In this document: positions 46,515-56,384 of the stretch, one piece after another
How the letters are laid out: each line of letters starts with the position of its first letter
How positions within the stretch are numbered: the stretch's first letter is position 1
Assembly (NCBI GenBank): GCA_964291395.2
Contig: OZ219858.1
Span: 544,001 to 608,000, forward strand
Source: Alphaproteobacteria bacterium
Lineage (GTDB): Bacteria > Pseudomonadota > Alphaproteobacteria > UBA2966
Reading direction: 5' to 3'
DNA: 64,000 nucleotides
Translations under genes and position numbers: made by a program
Notes under the pieces: generated by a model
The model's database searches: none
What the model saw: only the letters and a program-made list of their open reading frames with translations
What the model was told of the DNA's origin: nothing

Positions 46515-47873
46515 ATGAGCGCATGGCACGAGATGACCGCCCTGGAACTGGGGGCCGGGATCGCGGACGGCGGGATCGACGCGGTCGAACTCACCGAGCA
46601 TTTCCTCGACAGGATCGATCGGGAGGATCCGGATCACCACATCTTCCTCCGGGCGACTCCCGAGCGGGCGGTCGCGGAGGCGGCCGCGGCCCGGGACCGT
46701 GCGGAGGCCCGGCTGCGCCGCAGTCCGCTCGACGGGGTCCCCATGTCGTGGAAGGACCTGGTCGCCATGGCGGGCGAACCCACGACCGGCGGTTCTCCCC
46801 TGTTTGCGCAGCAGCCGCCGGCGATCCGGGACGCGCTTCTGCTGTCGCGCGCGACCCGAGCGGGGATGGTCTGCCTGGGAAGAACCAACCTGCCGGAATT
46901 CGCGTTCTCCGCCATGGGGATCAACCCCCATTTCGGGACGCCCCCGAATCCCTTCGATCCGGAAACCGCCCGCGTGCCCGGCGGCTCGTCCTCCGGCGCC
47001 GCCGTCTCGGTTTCGCGCGGGTTGGCGCCGGCCGCGATCGGGTCGGATACCGGCGGTTCGGTGCGCGTTCCCGCGGCCTGGAACGGCTTGGTCGGCCTCA
47101 AGACGACAGCGGGCGTTCTGTCGAACGACGGCGTGTTGCCGCTGGTCCGCGACCTCGACACCGTCGGCCCGCTGACCAGGGACGTCGCGGACGCCGCGGC
47201 GGTCTTCGCGATCCTCGCGGCGCAGGAGCCGATCGATCTTCAGGGCGCCTCCATCCGGAACGCGCGCTTCCTGCTCCCGGAGATGCTGTGGCGCGACGTC
47301 GACGGCGACATCGCCGACGTCATGGACAGGGCGATCGGGCGCCTCGAGACCGCGGGCGCCCGAATCACCCGCGAAGAGGTCCCGGAGCTCGACGAGGTGA
47401 CGGAGATCTTTCTCTCATTCGGCGACCTGTTCAGTGCGACCGCGTACGCCGAGCTCCGCGAGAAGGTCGATGCCCAGCCCAACCTGGTGTACGAGCAGAT
47501 TCTCCGGCGCCTCCATCTGTCCGTCGGCGCGACGGCCGTCGACGTCATTCATGCCTGGCTGGAGATCGATCGCTGCGCTGCGGCGTATCATGCCCGGGTG
47601 GCGCCCTTCACCGCGGTGCTGTGCCCGACCAGCACGATCTCGCCGCCGGTCATCGCCGAAGTGGAAAACGACGCCGAGGCCTATGCCGACGCGCAGCGGC
47701 GAATTCCGGTCAACACCAGAACCGGAAACCTCCTGCGGCTGTGCGCCGTGACGGTGCCGGCCGGCCTCGCGAACGGTCTCCCCGCGGGCCTGATGGTCTA
47801 TGGCCCGCCCGACCGGGACCGCTACATTCTCAGGGTGGCCAAAGGGGTGGAAGACGCGCTACGCGTCACGTAA
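46515..47873 (+). CDS. Amidase signature enzyme
   Basis: GVPMSWKD, PGGSSSG, GSDTGGSVRVPAAWNG. Confidence 0.92.
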   Translation: MSAWHEMTALELGAGIADGGIDAVELTEHFLDRIDREDPDHHIFLRATPERAVAEAAAARDRAEARLRRSPLDGVPMSWKDLVAMAGEPTTGGSPLFAQQPPAIRDALLLSRATRAGMVCLGRTNLPEFAFSAMGINPHFGTPPNPFDPETARVPGGSSSGAAVSVSRGLAPAAIGSDTGGSVRVPAAWNGLVGLKTTAGVLSNDGVLPLVRDLDTVGPLTRDVADAAAVFAILAAQEPIDLQGASIRNARFLLPEMLWRDVDGDIADVMDRAIGRLETAGARITREEVPELDEVTEIFLSFGDLFSATAYAELREKVDAQPNLVYEQILRRLHLSVGATAVDVIHAWLEIDRCAAAYHARVAPFTAVLCPTSTISPPVIAEVENDAEAYADAQRRIPVNTRTGNLLRLCAVTVPAGLANGLPAGLMVYGPPDRDRYILRVAKGVEDALRVT

Positions 47874-47880
47874 CCACGCC

Positions 47881-47926
47881 TGATTAAATTTTAGACAGTC
47901 AGAAGTCTGTGCCTAATTTCTGGGCG
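47881..47926. promoter_or_regulatory. Possible tandem NtrC-type enhancer sites
   Basis: Two 17-bp AT-cored motifs (TGATTAAATTTTAGACA, TGCCTAATTTCTGGGCG) about 100-140 bp upstream of the sigma54 site. Confidence 0.35.
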
Positions 47927-48024
47927 GACTCCTTGCGCCCCGGACACCGGGACGGCTTTGGAAGCGAGTCTCCTCGGACATATCGTCCAGCCATATCAGA
48001 CGTTTAGGCCTCCCTTTCGAGAAC

Positions 48025-48039
48025 TGGCACGCAGTTTGA
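48025..48039 (+). promoter_or_regulatory. Sigma-54 -24/-12 promoter for glnK-amtB
   Basis: TGGCAC-GCAGT-TTGA (consensus TGGCAC-N5-TTGC). Confidence 0.7.
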
Positions 48040-48101
48040 ATTGTATGCCGGCAGCGGCGGCGAGACCCGCGCCCCTCGTCGCTCGTCATCGGGAGAAGTC
48101 C

Positions 48102-48440
48102 ATGAAATTCGTAACGGCCGTCATCAAACCCTCCAAGCTCGACGAGGTGCGTGAAGCGCTGACCGAGCTCGGCATTCAGGGCTTGACCGTCACCGAGGTG
48201 CAGGGTTTCGGACGCCGGAGGGGGCACACGGAGTTCTACCGGGGCGCCGAATACGCCGTGAACTTCGTGCCCAAGGTCAAGGTCGAAGTCGCCATGACCG
48301 ACGACATGGAGGAGCGGGTGGTCGAATGCATTCGGCAGGCCGCCCGGACCGGCAGGATCGAGGACGGCAAGATCTTCGGCTGCGACCTCGATACCGCTGT
48401 CCGGATACGGACCGGCGAGACCGACGAACAGGCGCTATAG
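48102..48440 (+). CDS. glnK: PII nitrogen regulator (112 aa) with atypical ligand-site residues
   Basis: YRGAEY (Tyr51), PKVK, DGKIF, RIRTGE; upstream of amtB. Confidence 0.95.
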   Translation: MKFVTAVIKPSKLDEVREALTELGIQGLTVTEVQGFGRRRGHTEFYRGAEYAVNFVPKVKVEVAMTDDMEERVVECIRQAARTGRIEDGKIFGCDLDTAVRIRTGETDEQAL

Positions 48441-48449
48441 GAGCCGGAC

Positions 48450-49739
48450 ATGACGAGACTCGAGAAAAGCACCCTGACCTTGACGGCCGTCGTCGGCGCG
48501 GCGGCGGCCGCCGATCCGGCATTCGCCCGGGACGACGCGCTCAGCTCGGGCGATACGGCCTGGATGCTGACATCGACGGTCATCGTCCTGATGATGACCG
48601 TCCCAGGCGTTGCCCTCTTCTACGGCGGCATGGTGCGCAAGAAGAACGTGCTGAGCACCGTGATGCACAGCTTTGCGGCGACCTGCCTGATCACGGTGAT
48701 CTGGATGGTCGTCGGATACAGCCTCGCGTTCGCGGAAGGGTCCGGCTATGTCGGGGGTCTGGGCAAGCTGTTCCTTCGCGGCATGGCCGTGGATGCGATG
48801 AACGGGTCGATCCCGGAATCGGTTTTCATGACCTTCCAGATGACTTTCGCCATCATCACGGCGGCGTTGATCACGGGCGCGGTCGCGGAGCGGATGAAGT
48901 TCTCGGCCCTGCTCCTGTTCCTCGGGCTGTGGTCGATTCTCGTCTACTCGCCCGTCTGCTACTGGGTGTGGGGCGGCGGGTTCCTCGGCGGTGCGGGCGT
49001 CCTGGATTTCGCGGGCGGCACCGTCGTGCACATCAACTCCGGAGTCGCGGCGCTGGTCGCCGCCGTCGTGCTGGGCAAACGGGTCGGATACGGCCGCGAG
49101 AACCTGGCCCCGCACAACGTCGTGCTGACGGTGGTCGGCGCGTCGTTCCTTTGGGTCGGCTGGTTCGGGTTCAACGGCGGTTCGGCGGTCGCCGCGGACG
49201 GCGCCGCCGGCATGGCGATGGCGGTCACGCAAATTGCGGCCGCCGCCGCGGCGCTCGCCTGGATGCTTGCCGAATGGCTGACCCACCGGAAGCCGAGCGT
49301 CCTCGGCATCGCGTCCGGCGCCGTTGCCGGTCTCGTCGCGATCACCCCGGCCTCGGGCTTCGTCGGACCCGGCGGTGCCCTGGCGACCGGCCTGATCGCG
49401 GGCGTGATCTGCTTCTGGGGAGCGACCTGGCTGAAACACAGGATCGGCTACGACGACTCCCTCGACGTCTTCGCGGTTCACGGTCTCGGCGGCATCGCCG
49501 GCGCGCTCCTGACGGGCGTCTTCGCCGTCGAAGCGATCGGCGGCACGCCGGGAGCCCTCGAAGGCAACGTCGCGCAGATCGGCACCCAGTTTTACGGGAT
49601 CGTCGCGACCGTCGTCTATTGCGCCGTGGCGTCCCTGATCCTGCTCAAGATCATCGACGCCGTGGTCGGTCTCCGCGTCGACGAGGAGCAGGAGCGAGAG
49701 GGCCTGGACATCGCCCTCCACGGCGAAAGCGTCTCATAG
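48450..49739 (+). CDS. amtB: Ammonium transporter
   Basis: GDTAW, FQMTFAIIT, DFAGGTVVH, WFGFN, DDSLDVFAVHG. Confidence 0.96.
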   Translation: MTRLEKSTLTLTAVVGAAAAADPAFARDDALSSGDTAWMLTSTVIVLMMTVPGVALFYGGMVRKKNVLSTVMHSFAATCLITVIWMVVGYSLAFAEGSGYVGGLGKLFLRGMAVDAMNGSIPESVFMTFQMTFAIITAALITGAVAERMKFSALLLFLGLWSILVYSPVCYWVWGGGFLGGAGVLDFAGGTVVHINSGVAALVAAVVLGKRVGYGRENLAPHNVVLTVVGASFLWVGWFGFNGGSAVAADGAAGMAMAVTQIAAAAAALAWMLAEWLTHRKPSVLGIASGAVAGLVAITPASGFVGPGGALATGLIAGVICFWGATWLKHRIGYDDSLDVFAVHGLGGIAGALLTGVFAVEAIGGTPGALEGNVAQIGTQFYGIVATVVYCAVASLILLKIIDAVVGLRVDEEQEREGLDIALHGESVS

Positions 49740-49873
49740 GACCGGGCCTTTCCCTGGCGCCCGGCGCGGCCCCGTGCCGTCCGGGCGCGTCGCTGCGGAA
49801 ATGTTCCCGGGGGAAGGGGCCGGACCGGTAAGGGGTGTGACGGCTACCCCAGGATCGGAGTGGACGAATTGTA

Positions 49874-49914
49874 ATCTTCACGCTACATATCTCTTGGAAC
49901 TGTAGTGCGAAGAT
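49874..49914. promoter_or_regulatory. Operator-like inverted repeat upstream of the hipBA-like pair
   Basis: ATCTTCACGCTACA-N13-TGTAGTGCGAAGAT (12/14 match). Confidence 0.65.
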
Positions 49915-49919
49915 GCCAT

Positions 49920-50255
49920 ATGCCGACTCCTCACAATCCTCCCGCCGCCGTCCGGCGGGCACTGCGCAAACTCGGAGCGGACATCCGTGATGCCCGTCGC
50001 CGCCGGCGGCTGCCCATGGCGGTCGTGGCGGAGCGCGCCTTCACGTCCCGCTCCACCCTTCAAAAGGTCGAAGCCGGCGACACCAATGTCGGCATCGGCA
50101 TCTACGCCGGTGTCCTGCAGGCGCTCGGCCTGCTCGACGGCCTGAGCCGGATTGCCGACATCGGCAATGACAGCGTCGGACAGGCCCTCGCCAGCGCCGC
50201 GCTGCCCAGGCACGTCCATCTCAGGCGGCCGACCGGATCGTCCCGCGATGGCTGA
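49920..50255 (+). CDS. HTH antitoxin (HipB-like)
   Basis: LGADIRDARRRRRL--VAERA-TSRSTLQKVEAGD; overlaps the kinase start. Confidence 0.85.
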   Translation: MPTPHNPPAAVRRALRKLGADIRDARRRRRLPMAVVAERAFTSRSTLQKVEAGDTNVGIGIYAGVLQALGLLDGLSRIADIGNDSVGQALASAALPRHVHLRRPTGSSRDG

Positions 50256-51495
50256 CTTCGAGGTCCATATCGACCTCGACGGCCGCACCCGGCAGATCGG
50301 GCTGGCGCGAAGCAACCGCGTTCGCGGCAGGGAGACCATCGTCTTCGGGTACGACGGCGCCTGGCTGGAAGACCCTGACAGGTTCTCGCTGGAGCCTGCG
50401 CTTGCGCTGGGACCAGGCGACTTCGCACCGCCCGCCGGCCTCGCGACCTTCGGATCCATCGGCGATTCGGCGCCCGACAGCTGGGGCCGCCGGCTGATGC
50501 AGCGCGCCGAGCGCCGCCTCGCGGAACGCGAAGGCCGCGCCGTTCGCACGCTCCTGGAGAGCGATTATCTCCTTGGCGTGATGGACGAGACCCGGCTGGG
50601 CGCGCTGCGCTTCCGTCGGGCTGGGGACAACGCGTTCCAGGCTCCGCCTCGCGCGGGCGTGCCGGCCCTGATCGAGCTTGGCCGCCTGCTCCGGATCACG
50701 GAGCGGATTCTCCGCGGCGAGGAAACCGACGAAGATCTCCGGCTCATCTTCGCGCCCGGCTCCTCCCTGGGCGGCGCGCGCCCGAAGGCGTCGGTGGTGG
50801 ACCGGCACGGCCGCCTCTCGATCGCCAAGTTTCCGAAGGAGACCGACGACTACTGCATGGAAACCTGGGAGGAGATTGCGTTGCGCCTGGCCGGCCAGGC
50901 CGGGATCGCCACGCCCACGCACGAGCTGATCGACGTCGCCGGCAAGAAGGTCATGCTGTCACGGCGCTTCGATCGCCGGGGCGCGATCCGCATTCCGTTC
51001 CTGTCGGCGATGGCGATGATGGGCGCGAAAGACGGCGAGCGCGGGAGCTACCCCGAGATCGTCGATGCTCTCGCGGAACATGGCGCCCGGGGAAAGACGG
51101 ACGCCCATGCCCTTTATCGGCGCGTCGTCTTCAGCGTGCTGATCTCCAATGTCGACGATCACCTGCGCAACCACGGCTTCCTGTGGCTCGGCAGGACGGG
51201 ATGGTCGCTCTCTCCCGCCTACGACCTCAATCCCGTACCCGCGGACCTCGAGCCGCGGGTCCTGACGACCAACATCGATCTCGACGAAGGCACCTGTTCG
51301 CTCGATCTGCTGGAGGCCGCCTCCGGGTTCTTCGCGCTGACGCTGGCGCAGGCCCGCTCGGTCATCGAGGAAGTCGCGACCGTGACCGCGACCTGGCGCG
51401 ACACCGCGAAAGCGGTCGGCGCGCGCGCTGCCGAGATCGACCGCATGGCCAGTGCCTTCGAGCACGACGACCTGAAGCGGGCACTGGCCCTGTGA
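50248..51495 (+). CDS. hipA: HipA-family Ser/Thr kinase toxin
   Basis: DSAPDSWGR, GSSLGGARPK, IAKF, RRFDR, NVDDHLRNHG, LSPAYD. Confidence 0.92.
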   Translation: MADFEVHIDLDGRTRQIGLARSNRVRGRETIVFGYDGAWLEDPDRFSLEPALALGPGDFAPPAGLATFGSIGDSAPDSWGRRLMQRAERRLAEREGRAVRTLLESDYLLGVMDETRLGALRFRRAGDNAFQAPPRAGVPALIELGRLLRITERILRGEETDEDLRLIFAPGSSLGGARPKASVVDRHGRLSIAKFPKETDDYCMETWEEIALRLAGQAGIATPTHELIDVAGKKVMLSRRFDRRGAIRIPFLSAMAMMGAKDGERGSYPEIVDALAEHGARGKTDAHALYRRVVFSVLISNVDDHLRNHGFLWLGRTGWSLSPAYDLNPVPADLEPRVLTTNIDLDEGTCSLDLLEAASGFFALTLAQARSVIEEVATVTATWRDTAKAVGARAAEIDRMASAFEHDDLKRALAL

Positions 51496-51785
51496 CGAGG
51501 TGCTGCCTTCGGGCTTGGACCCGCCAGCGGACGGCGCCGTTGCCGCCGGCCGGGCCGGCGGCCGGACGCCGTCCGATCCGACTTCCGCCGACGTTCGGTT
51601 CGAACGATTTTCCTTATAATTCGATATCAATATCCTGTAGGTTTCAAGACACTTGGAACCAGTATTTGTGCTTTGCACTCCGGATCGCCACGGCGCGCTG
51701 ATGTGCACGCTTGTATGCGGAGTCGCTTCGACATAGATATGTTTGCGTTTTGTACTCGTCCGGCAAGAGGCCTCAAAGCCACGGC

Positions 51786-52967
51786 ATGCTCAACGACAGG
51801 CTCGATATCCTGGGCGACGGGCCCTTCCGGAAGCTGGCGATGCTCATCGGGCAGGTGGCGCCGGCCGCCAACCTGCCGCCCATCAACCTGTCCATCGGCG
51901 AGCCGCAATGGGGCTGCCCGGAATTCGTGGGCGACGTGATCGAAGCGCACCGCCACCTCTACGGAAGGTACCCGCCTCCCCGGGGCACCCGCGATTACCG
52001 GGAAGCGGCCACGGCGTGGTTGAACCGGAGATACGGCCTGCGACCGGGCCTGCTCGATCCCGACCGGCACATCGTCCCGGTGTCGGGAACCAAGGAAGGG
52101 ATGTTCACCCTGGCGCAGGTCGCGATCCCGCATTCCGCGGGCCCGGCTCCCGTCGCTTTGCTGCCCAATCCGTACTACCACACCTATGCGGGCGCGGTGG
52201 TGTCGGCGGGCGCCGAACCCGCATTCGTCCCCGCGACGCGGAAGACCGGCTTTCTTCCCGACTTTGCGGCGCTCGACGAGGAGACGCTCGAGCGGGCGGC
52301 GCTGTGCATCGTCTGCTCTCCGGCAAACCCGCAGGGCGCCGTGGCGGATGCGGAATACCTTCGCCGTCTCATCGCCCTCGCGCGCGAGCACGACTTCATC
52401 CTCCTGGCCGACGAATGTTACGCCGAGATCTACACGGATGTCCCTCCGACGGGCGCGCTCGAGGTGTGCGCGACCGACGGCGCGCTCGACAACGTCGTCG
52501 TGTTCCACTCGCTCTCGAAACGGTCCAGCGCACCGGGTCTGCGGGCCGGCTTCGCCGCCGGAGACCCCGACGTGCTGGACCGCTATATGAGATTGCGATC
52601 CTACGGCGCCGCCGTCGTTCCCCTTCCCCTGGACGCGGCCGCGGCCGCGCTGTGGCGGGACGAAGCCCACGTGAAGGAGATTCGGGAAGGCTATCGCAAA
52701 CAGTTCGATGCCGCGGAGACGATCGTCGGCGGGAGACTGGGCTTCTATCGGCCGGCCGGCGGTTTCTTCCTTTGGCTGGAAGTCGACGACAGCGTCTCGG
52801 CCGCGGAGGCGTTGTGGCGCGACGCCGCCGTGAAGCTCCTGCCCGGAGAGTTTCTGGCGCGAGCGGTCGACGGCGAGAACCCGGGCGCGAACTATATCCG
52901 GGTCCCTCTCGTTCACGAATTGGGAACCACGACCGAAGCGCTCGAGCGCATCGTCGGTACCCTGTAG
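51786..52967 (+). CDS. Class I/II aminotransferase (DapC-like)
   Basis: LSIGEP, GTKEG, PNPYY, CSPANPQG, DECYAEIY, HSLSKRSSAPGLR. Confidence 0.88.
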   Translation: MLNDRLDILGDGPFRKLAMLIGQVAPAANLPPINLSIGEPQWGCPEFVGDVIEAHRHLYGRYPPPRGTRDYREAATAWLNRRYGLRPGLLDPDRHIVPVSGTKEGMFTLAQVAIPHSAGPAPVALLPNPYYHTYAGAVVSAGAEPAFVPATRKTGFLPDFAALDEETLERAALCIVCSPANPQGAVADAEYLRRLIALAREHDFILLADECYAEIYTDVPPTGALEVCATDGALDNVVVFHSLSKRSSAPGLRAGFAAGDPDVLDRYMRLRSYGAAVVPLPLDAAAAALWRDEAHVKEIREGYRKQFDAAETIVGGRLGFYRPAGGFFLWLEVDDSVSAAEALWRDAAVKLLPGEFLARAVDGENPGANYIRVPLVHELGTTTEALERIVGTL

Positions 52968-52983
52968 CCGCCGGAATTCGATC

Positions 52984-55386
52984 ATGACGCAAACTTCCAA
53001 CGCGCACGGCAAAGCCCCGATCCTCCCTCGGGGACTGAGCGGTTTTGTCAGGCGTCGCGCCGTGGAAACCCTCGGCCTGGGTGTGTTGATCGTCGCGGTC
53101 GGCTTCGCGTTGTCGTTGCTCAGCTACGCGCCCGGAGATCCGAATTTCAACCACGCGACGGGAAGAGCCCCCGGGAACCTTCTCGGTCTTCCCGGCGCCT
53201 ACGTGGCTGAATTCTCGCTGCAGACGTTCGGCGCCACGGCCGGTTTGCTGACGCTGGTCCTGCTCTCCTGGTCGTGGCGGCTGGTCTCCGATCGCCACGT
53301 TCCCCGGTTCTGGCTTCGTCTGACCCTGCTGCCCGTCGTCCTGATCTCCGCCGCGGTCGCGGCCGCCAACGTCGAGCCGCCGGGAATTTGGCCGCTCTCG
53401 ACGGGTCTGGGCGGGCTGGTCGGAGACCTCCTCGGCGATCGGATCGCGGCGGTCAGCCACGCGCATCTTCCCGCCCTGCCCCTGGTTCTCTACGGGATCG
53501 CCTTCGGACTTCTGGCGCTGCTCTCGCTCGCCTTCACCATGGCCTTGACCATCGGCGAGTGGGGCGCCATGTCACGCCGGGGTGCTCTGATGGCGATGAG
53601 CACGCTGCGCGCGATCAACACCCTCGCACACGCCGGAGAACGGCTCGACGCCCGGCGCCGGTCACGGGAGGCGCGGAACGACCCCCTCAACCGGCGGGAG
53701 CCGGTTCTGGAGCGCGGGGCCGCGAACGTCGCGGGAAACCGGCGGTCCGGAGACGACGATCCGGACGGTCGAGCCGCCGGGCAATCCGTCAAGCCGCCAC
53801 GCCGTGTCCGGAAGCGGATGGCCAAACCCAAATCGGGCAAGCGTGCCGACGTCGAACGCCAGCCGGCGCTGGAACTGATCCCGACGAACGAATACCAGCT
53901 GCCCGCGCTGTCGCTGCTGTCCTCGCCACCCGCGAACAGGTCTTCCCGCACCGTGAGCGACGAAGCGCTCGAACAGAACGCGCGCTTGCTCGAATCCGTT
54001 CTGGAGGAATTCGGAGTCAAAGGGCAGATCAGCGAGGTCCGGCCGGGGCCGGTCGTGACGCTCTATGAGCTCCAACCCGCTCCCGGCACGAAGACCTCGC
54101 GCGTCATCGCCCTTGCCGGCGATATCGCGCGATCGATGAGCGCCGTCTCCGCCCGGATTGCCGTGGTTCAGGGCAAGAACGCGATCGGGATCGAGCTTCC
54201 GAACAGCGATCGGGAGGTCGTTCACCTTCGCGAGCTTCTTTCTTCGGCGGCCTATGAGAGCACTGCGGCGAATTTGACCCTCGCCTTGGGAAAGGACATC
54301 GCCGGCGCCCCGGTGATCGTCGATCTGGCGCGCATGCCGCATCTGCTGGTTGCGGGCACGACCGGCTCCGGCAAATCGGTCGGGATCAACTCGATGATCC
54401 TGTCGTTGCTGTATCGCCTCCCTCCGGACCGGTGCAAGCTGATCCTGATCGATCCGAAGATGCTCGAACTCTCCGTTTACGACGACATTCCGCACCTGCT
54501 GACGCCCGTCGTCACGGAACCGGGAAAGGCCGTCATCGCCCTGAAATGGGCCGTGCGCGAGATGGAGAACCGTTATCAGGCCATGTCCCAACTCGGGGTT
54601 CGGAATGTCACGGGTTACAACCAGCGCCTGGCGGAGGCCGCCGCCAAGGGCGATCGGATCAAACGCACCGTGCAAACCGGCTTCGATGCCGAAAGCGGCG
54701 AGCCCGTGTTCGAGGATCAGGAGTTCGACCTCCGGCCGTTCCCGTACGTCGTCATCGTGGTCGACGAGATGGCCGATCTCATGCTGGTGGCGGGGAAGGA
54801 GATCGAAGGGGCCATCCGCCGTTTGGCGCAGATGGCGCGGGCCGCCGGAATCCACCTGATCATGGCCACCCAGCGGCCCTCGGTGGACGTCATCACCGGA
54901 ACGATCAAGGCGAACTTCCCCTCGCGGATCAGCTTCCAGGTCACCTCGAGGATCGACAGCCGGACGATCCTCGACGAACAGGGCGCGGAGCAACTGCTGG
55001 GCGCCGGCGACATGCTCTACCAGGCGAGCGGCGGCCGCGTGCAGCGGGTGCACGGTCCCTATGTCTCCGACCGGGAGGTCGAGAAAGTTGCCGCGGCGTT
55101 GAAGAAGCAGGGCAGTCCCGAGTACCTCGACGCGGTGACGGAGGACGTGGAAGCGGACTTCGGGTCCGTGGAGAGCGCGAGCGGTGACGAGCTCTACGAC
55201 CAGGCGGTGGCGCTGGTGATGCGGGAACGCCGCGCTTCCACCAGCTTCATCCAGCGCCATTTGCAAATCGGCTACAACCGGGCGGCGCGCATCGTCGAGC
55301 AGATGGAGGCGCAAGGCATCGTGTCGCCGGCGGATCGGGTGGGCAAACGTGAAGTTTTGCTGCCCGACGGCGGCGGTTTCGAATAG
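52984..55386 (+). CDS. ftsK: DNA translocase FtsK
   Basis: N-terminal TM domain, GPVVT, GTTGSGKS, DEMADLM, ATQRPS, gamma domain IGYNRAA. Confidence 0.97.
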   Translation: MTQTSNAHGKAPILPRGLSGFVRRRAVETLGLGVLIVAVGFALSLLSYAPGDPNFNHATGRAPGNLLGLPGAYVAEFSLQTFGATAGLLTLVLLSWSWRLVSDRHVPRFWLRLTLLPVVLISAAVAAANVEPPGIWPLSTGLGGLVGDLLGDRIAAVSHAHLPALPLVLYGIAFGLLALLSLAFTMALTIGEWGAMSRRGALMAMSTLRAINTLAHAGERLDARRRSREARNDPLNRREPVLERGAANVAGNRRSGDDDPDGRAAGQSVKPPRRVRKRMAKPKSGKRADVERQPALELIPTNEYQLPALSLLSSPPANRSSRTVSDEALEQNARLLESVLEEFGVKGQISEVRPGPVVTLYELQPAPGTKTSRVIALAGDIARSMSAVSARIAVVQGKNAIGIELPNSDREVVHLRELLSSAAYESTAANLTLALGKDIAGAPVIVDLARMPHLLVAGTTGSGKSVGINSMILSLLYRLPPDRCKLILIDPKMLELSVYDDIPHLLTPVVTEPGKAVIALKWAVREMENRYQAMSQLGVRNVTGYNQRLAEAAAKGDRIKRTVQTGFDAESGEPVFEDQEFDLRPFPYVVIVVDEMADLMLVAGKEIEGAIRRLAQMARAAGIHLIMATQRPSVDVITGTIKANFPSRISFQVTSRIDSRTILDEQGAEQLLGAGDMLYQASGGRVQRVHGPYVSDREVEKVAAALKKQGSPEYLDAVTEDVEADFGSVESASGDELYDQAVALVMRERRASTSFIQRHLQIGYNRAARIVEQMEAQGIVSPADRVGKREVLLPDGGGFE

Positions 55387-55433
55387 TCTTGGCTCTCACG
55401 ACGAACTTCTCTCTGCCGCTCGGAACCCGGTCG

Positions 55434-56069
55434 ATGGCCGCGAGACTCTGCCTGTCCCTTGCCTTTGCCGTGCTGGCCGCCGCCTTTTTATTGCGCGACG
55501 CCGCGGCTGCGGAGCTCTCGTCCCGGGACCGGCAGGACATCCGCCGGATCGAAGCGTATCTCAACGGCATTCGTACGCTCTCCGCGGACTTCATCCAGGT
55601 CGCTCCGGACGGTTCCATCAGTCGCGGGCGCTTCTATCTCAAACGCCCCGGCCGCCTGCGCTTCGAGTACGAGCCGCCCGCACCCGTCCTGGTCGTCGCT
55701 GACGGCACCTACGTGAACTACTTCGACGTCGAACTGGGTCAGCTCAGCCAGATCGGGGTTTATTCCACCCCGCTCGGCGCGGTCGTCGCCAGGGAAGTCA
55801 CGCTGAGCGGCAGGATCGAGGTCACGTCCGTCGAGCGCGGTTCCGCGGTCATCTCGCTCGAGACCGTCGACACCGAGGAACCGGGCCGCGGAACGCTGAC
55901 ACTGATATTCAGCGAGCGTCCTCTCGAGATCAGGAAATGGGAGGTAAACGACGCCCGGGGACTGACGACCACGATCGCCCTGGACAACGTGTCGATCAAT
56001 CCTGACCTCGATCCGGAGCTGTTCGTCTTTCGACAACCTGGTGCCGAGGACGTTTCGGGCGGCGGTTGA
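55434..56069 (+). CDS. lolA: Outer-membrane lipoprotein carrier LolA
   Basis: Signal peptide, ADFIQ, KRPGRLRFEY, VVADG, TPL; follows ftsK. Confidence 0.9.
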   Translation: MAARLCLSLAFAVLAAAFLLRDAAAAELSSRDRQDIRRIEAYLNGIRTLSADFIQVAPDGSISRGRFYLKRPGRLRFEYEPPAPVLVVADGTYVNYFDVELGQLSQIGVYSTPLGAVVAREVTLSGRIEVTSVERGSAVISLETVDTEEPGRGTLTLIFSERPLEIRKWEVNDARGLTTTIALDNVSINPDLDPELFVFRQPGAEDVSGGG

Positions 56070-56130
56070 CGGCGAAGGGACAGCGCTTCGAAAAGGGGTT
56101 CCCGCGTTTCTTCACCATCCCCCCAGGGCG

Positions 56131-56201
56131 CAATGCATGGGTATCCAGCAGCACCGGCAACGCTACCGCCCCTCCCACGCCTCCAGTTCCTCCTCGGGCA
56201 G
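56131..56201 (-). pseudogene. Junction fragment of a Phd-antitoxin/VapC-toxin operon
   Basis: LPEEELEAWEGR-stop (56201-56163), then 2 nt later TTG LPVLLDTHAL (PIN N-terminal LLDTH motif). Confidence 0.65.
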
Positions 56202-56204
56202 ACG

Positions 56205-56306
56205 GTCGCGCTGGAAGGGCTGCAGGAGGCGCTCCGACAGCGAAGGGCGAGCCCGGCCGGGATCGCCCGGCACGCGGAGCGCGGCGGCGTCGCCACGGTG
56301 TTCTGA
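56205..56306 (+). pseudogene. AbiEi-like antitoxin C-terminal remnant
   Basis: VALEGLQEALRQRRASPAGIARHAERGGVATV resembles AbiEi C-termini (from recall). Confidence 0.6.
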
Positions 56307-56312
56307 TTTCGG

Positions 56313-56375
56313 TTATCTGAGCATGGCGTAGTCGTGTTCGAGGGCGCCGACTATTGAGCCAGTCGGCGTGATTGC
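56313..56375 (-). pseudogene. Possible AbiEii toxin C-terminal remnant
   Basis: AITPTGSIVGALEHDYAM resembles the ..P....ALxxDY..M end of AbiEii proteins (from recall). Confidence 0.4.
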
Positions 56376-56384
56376 AGGTGAGCG

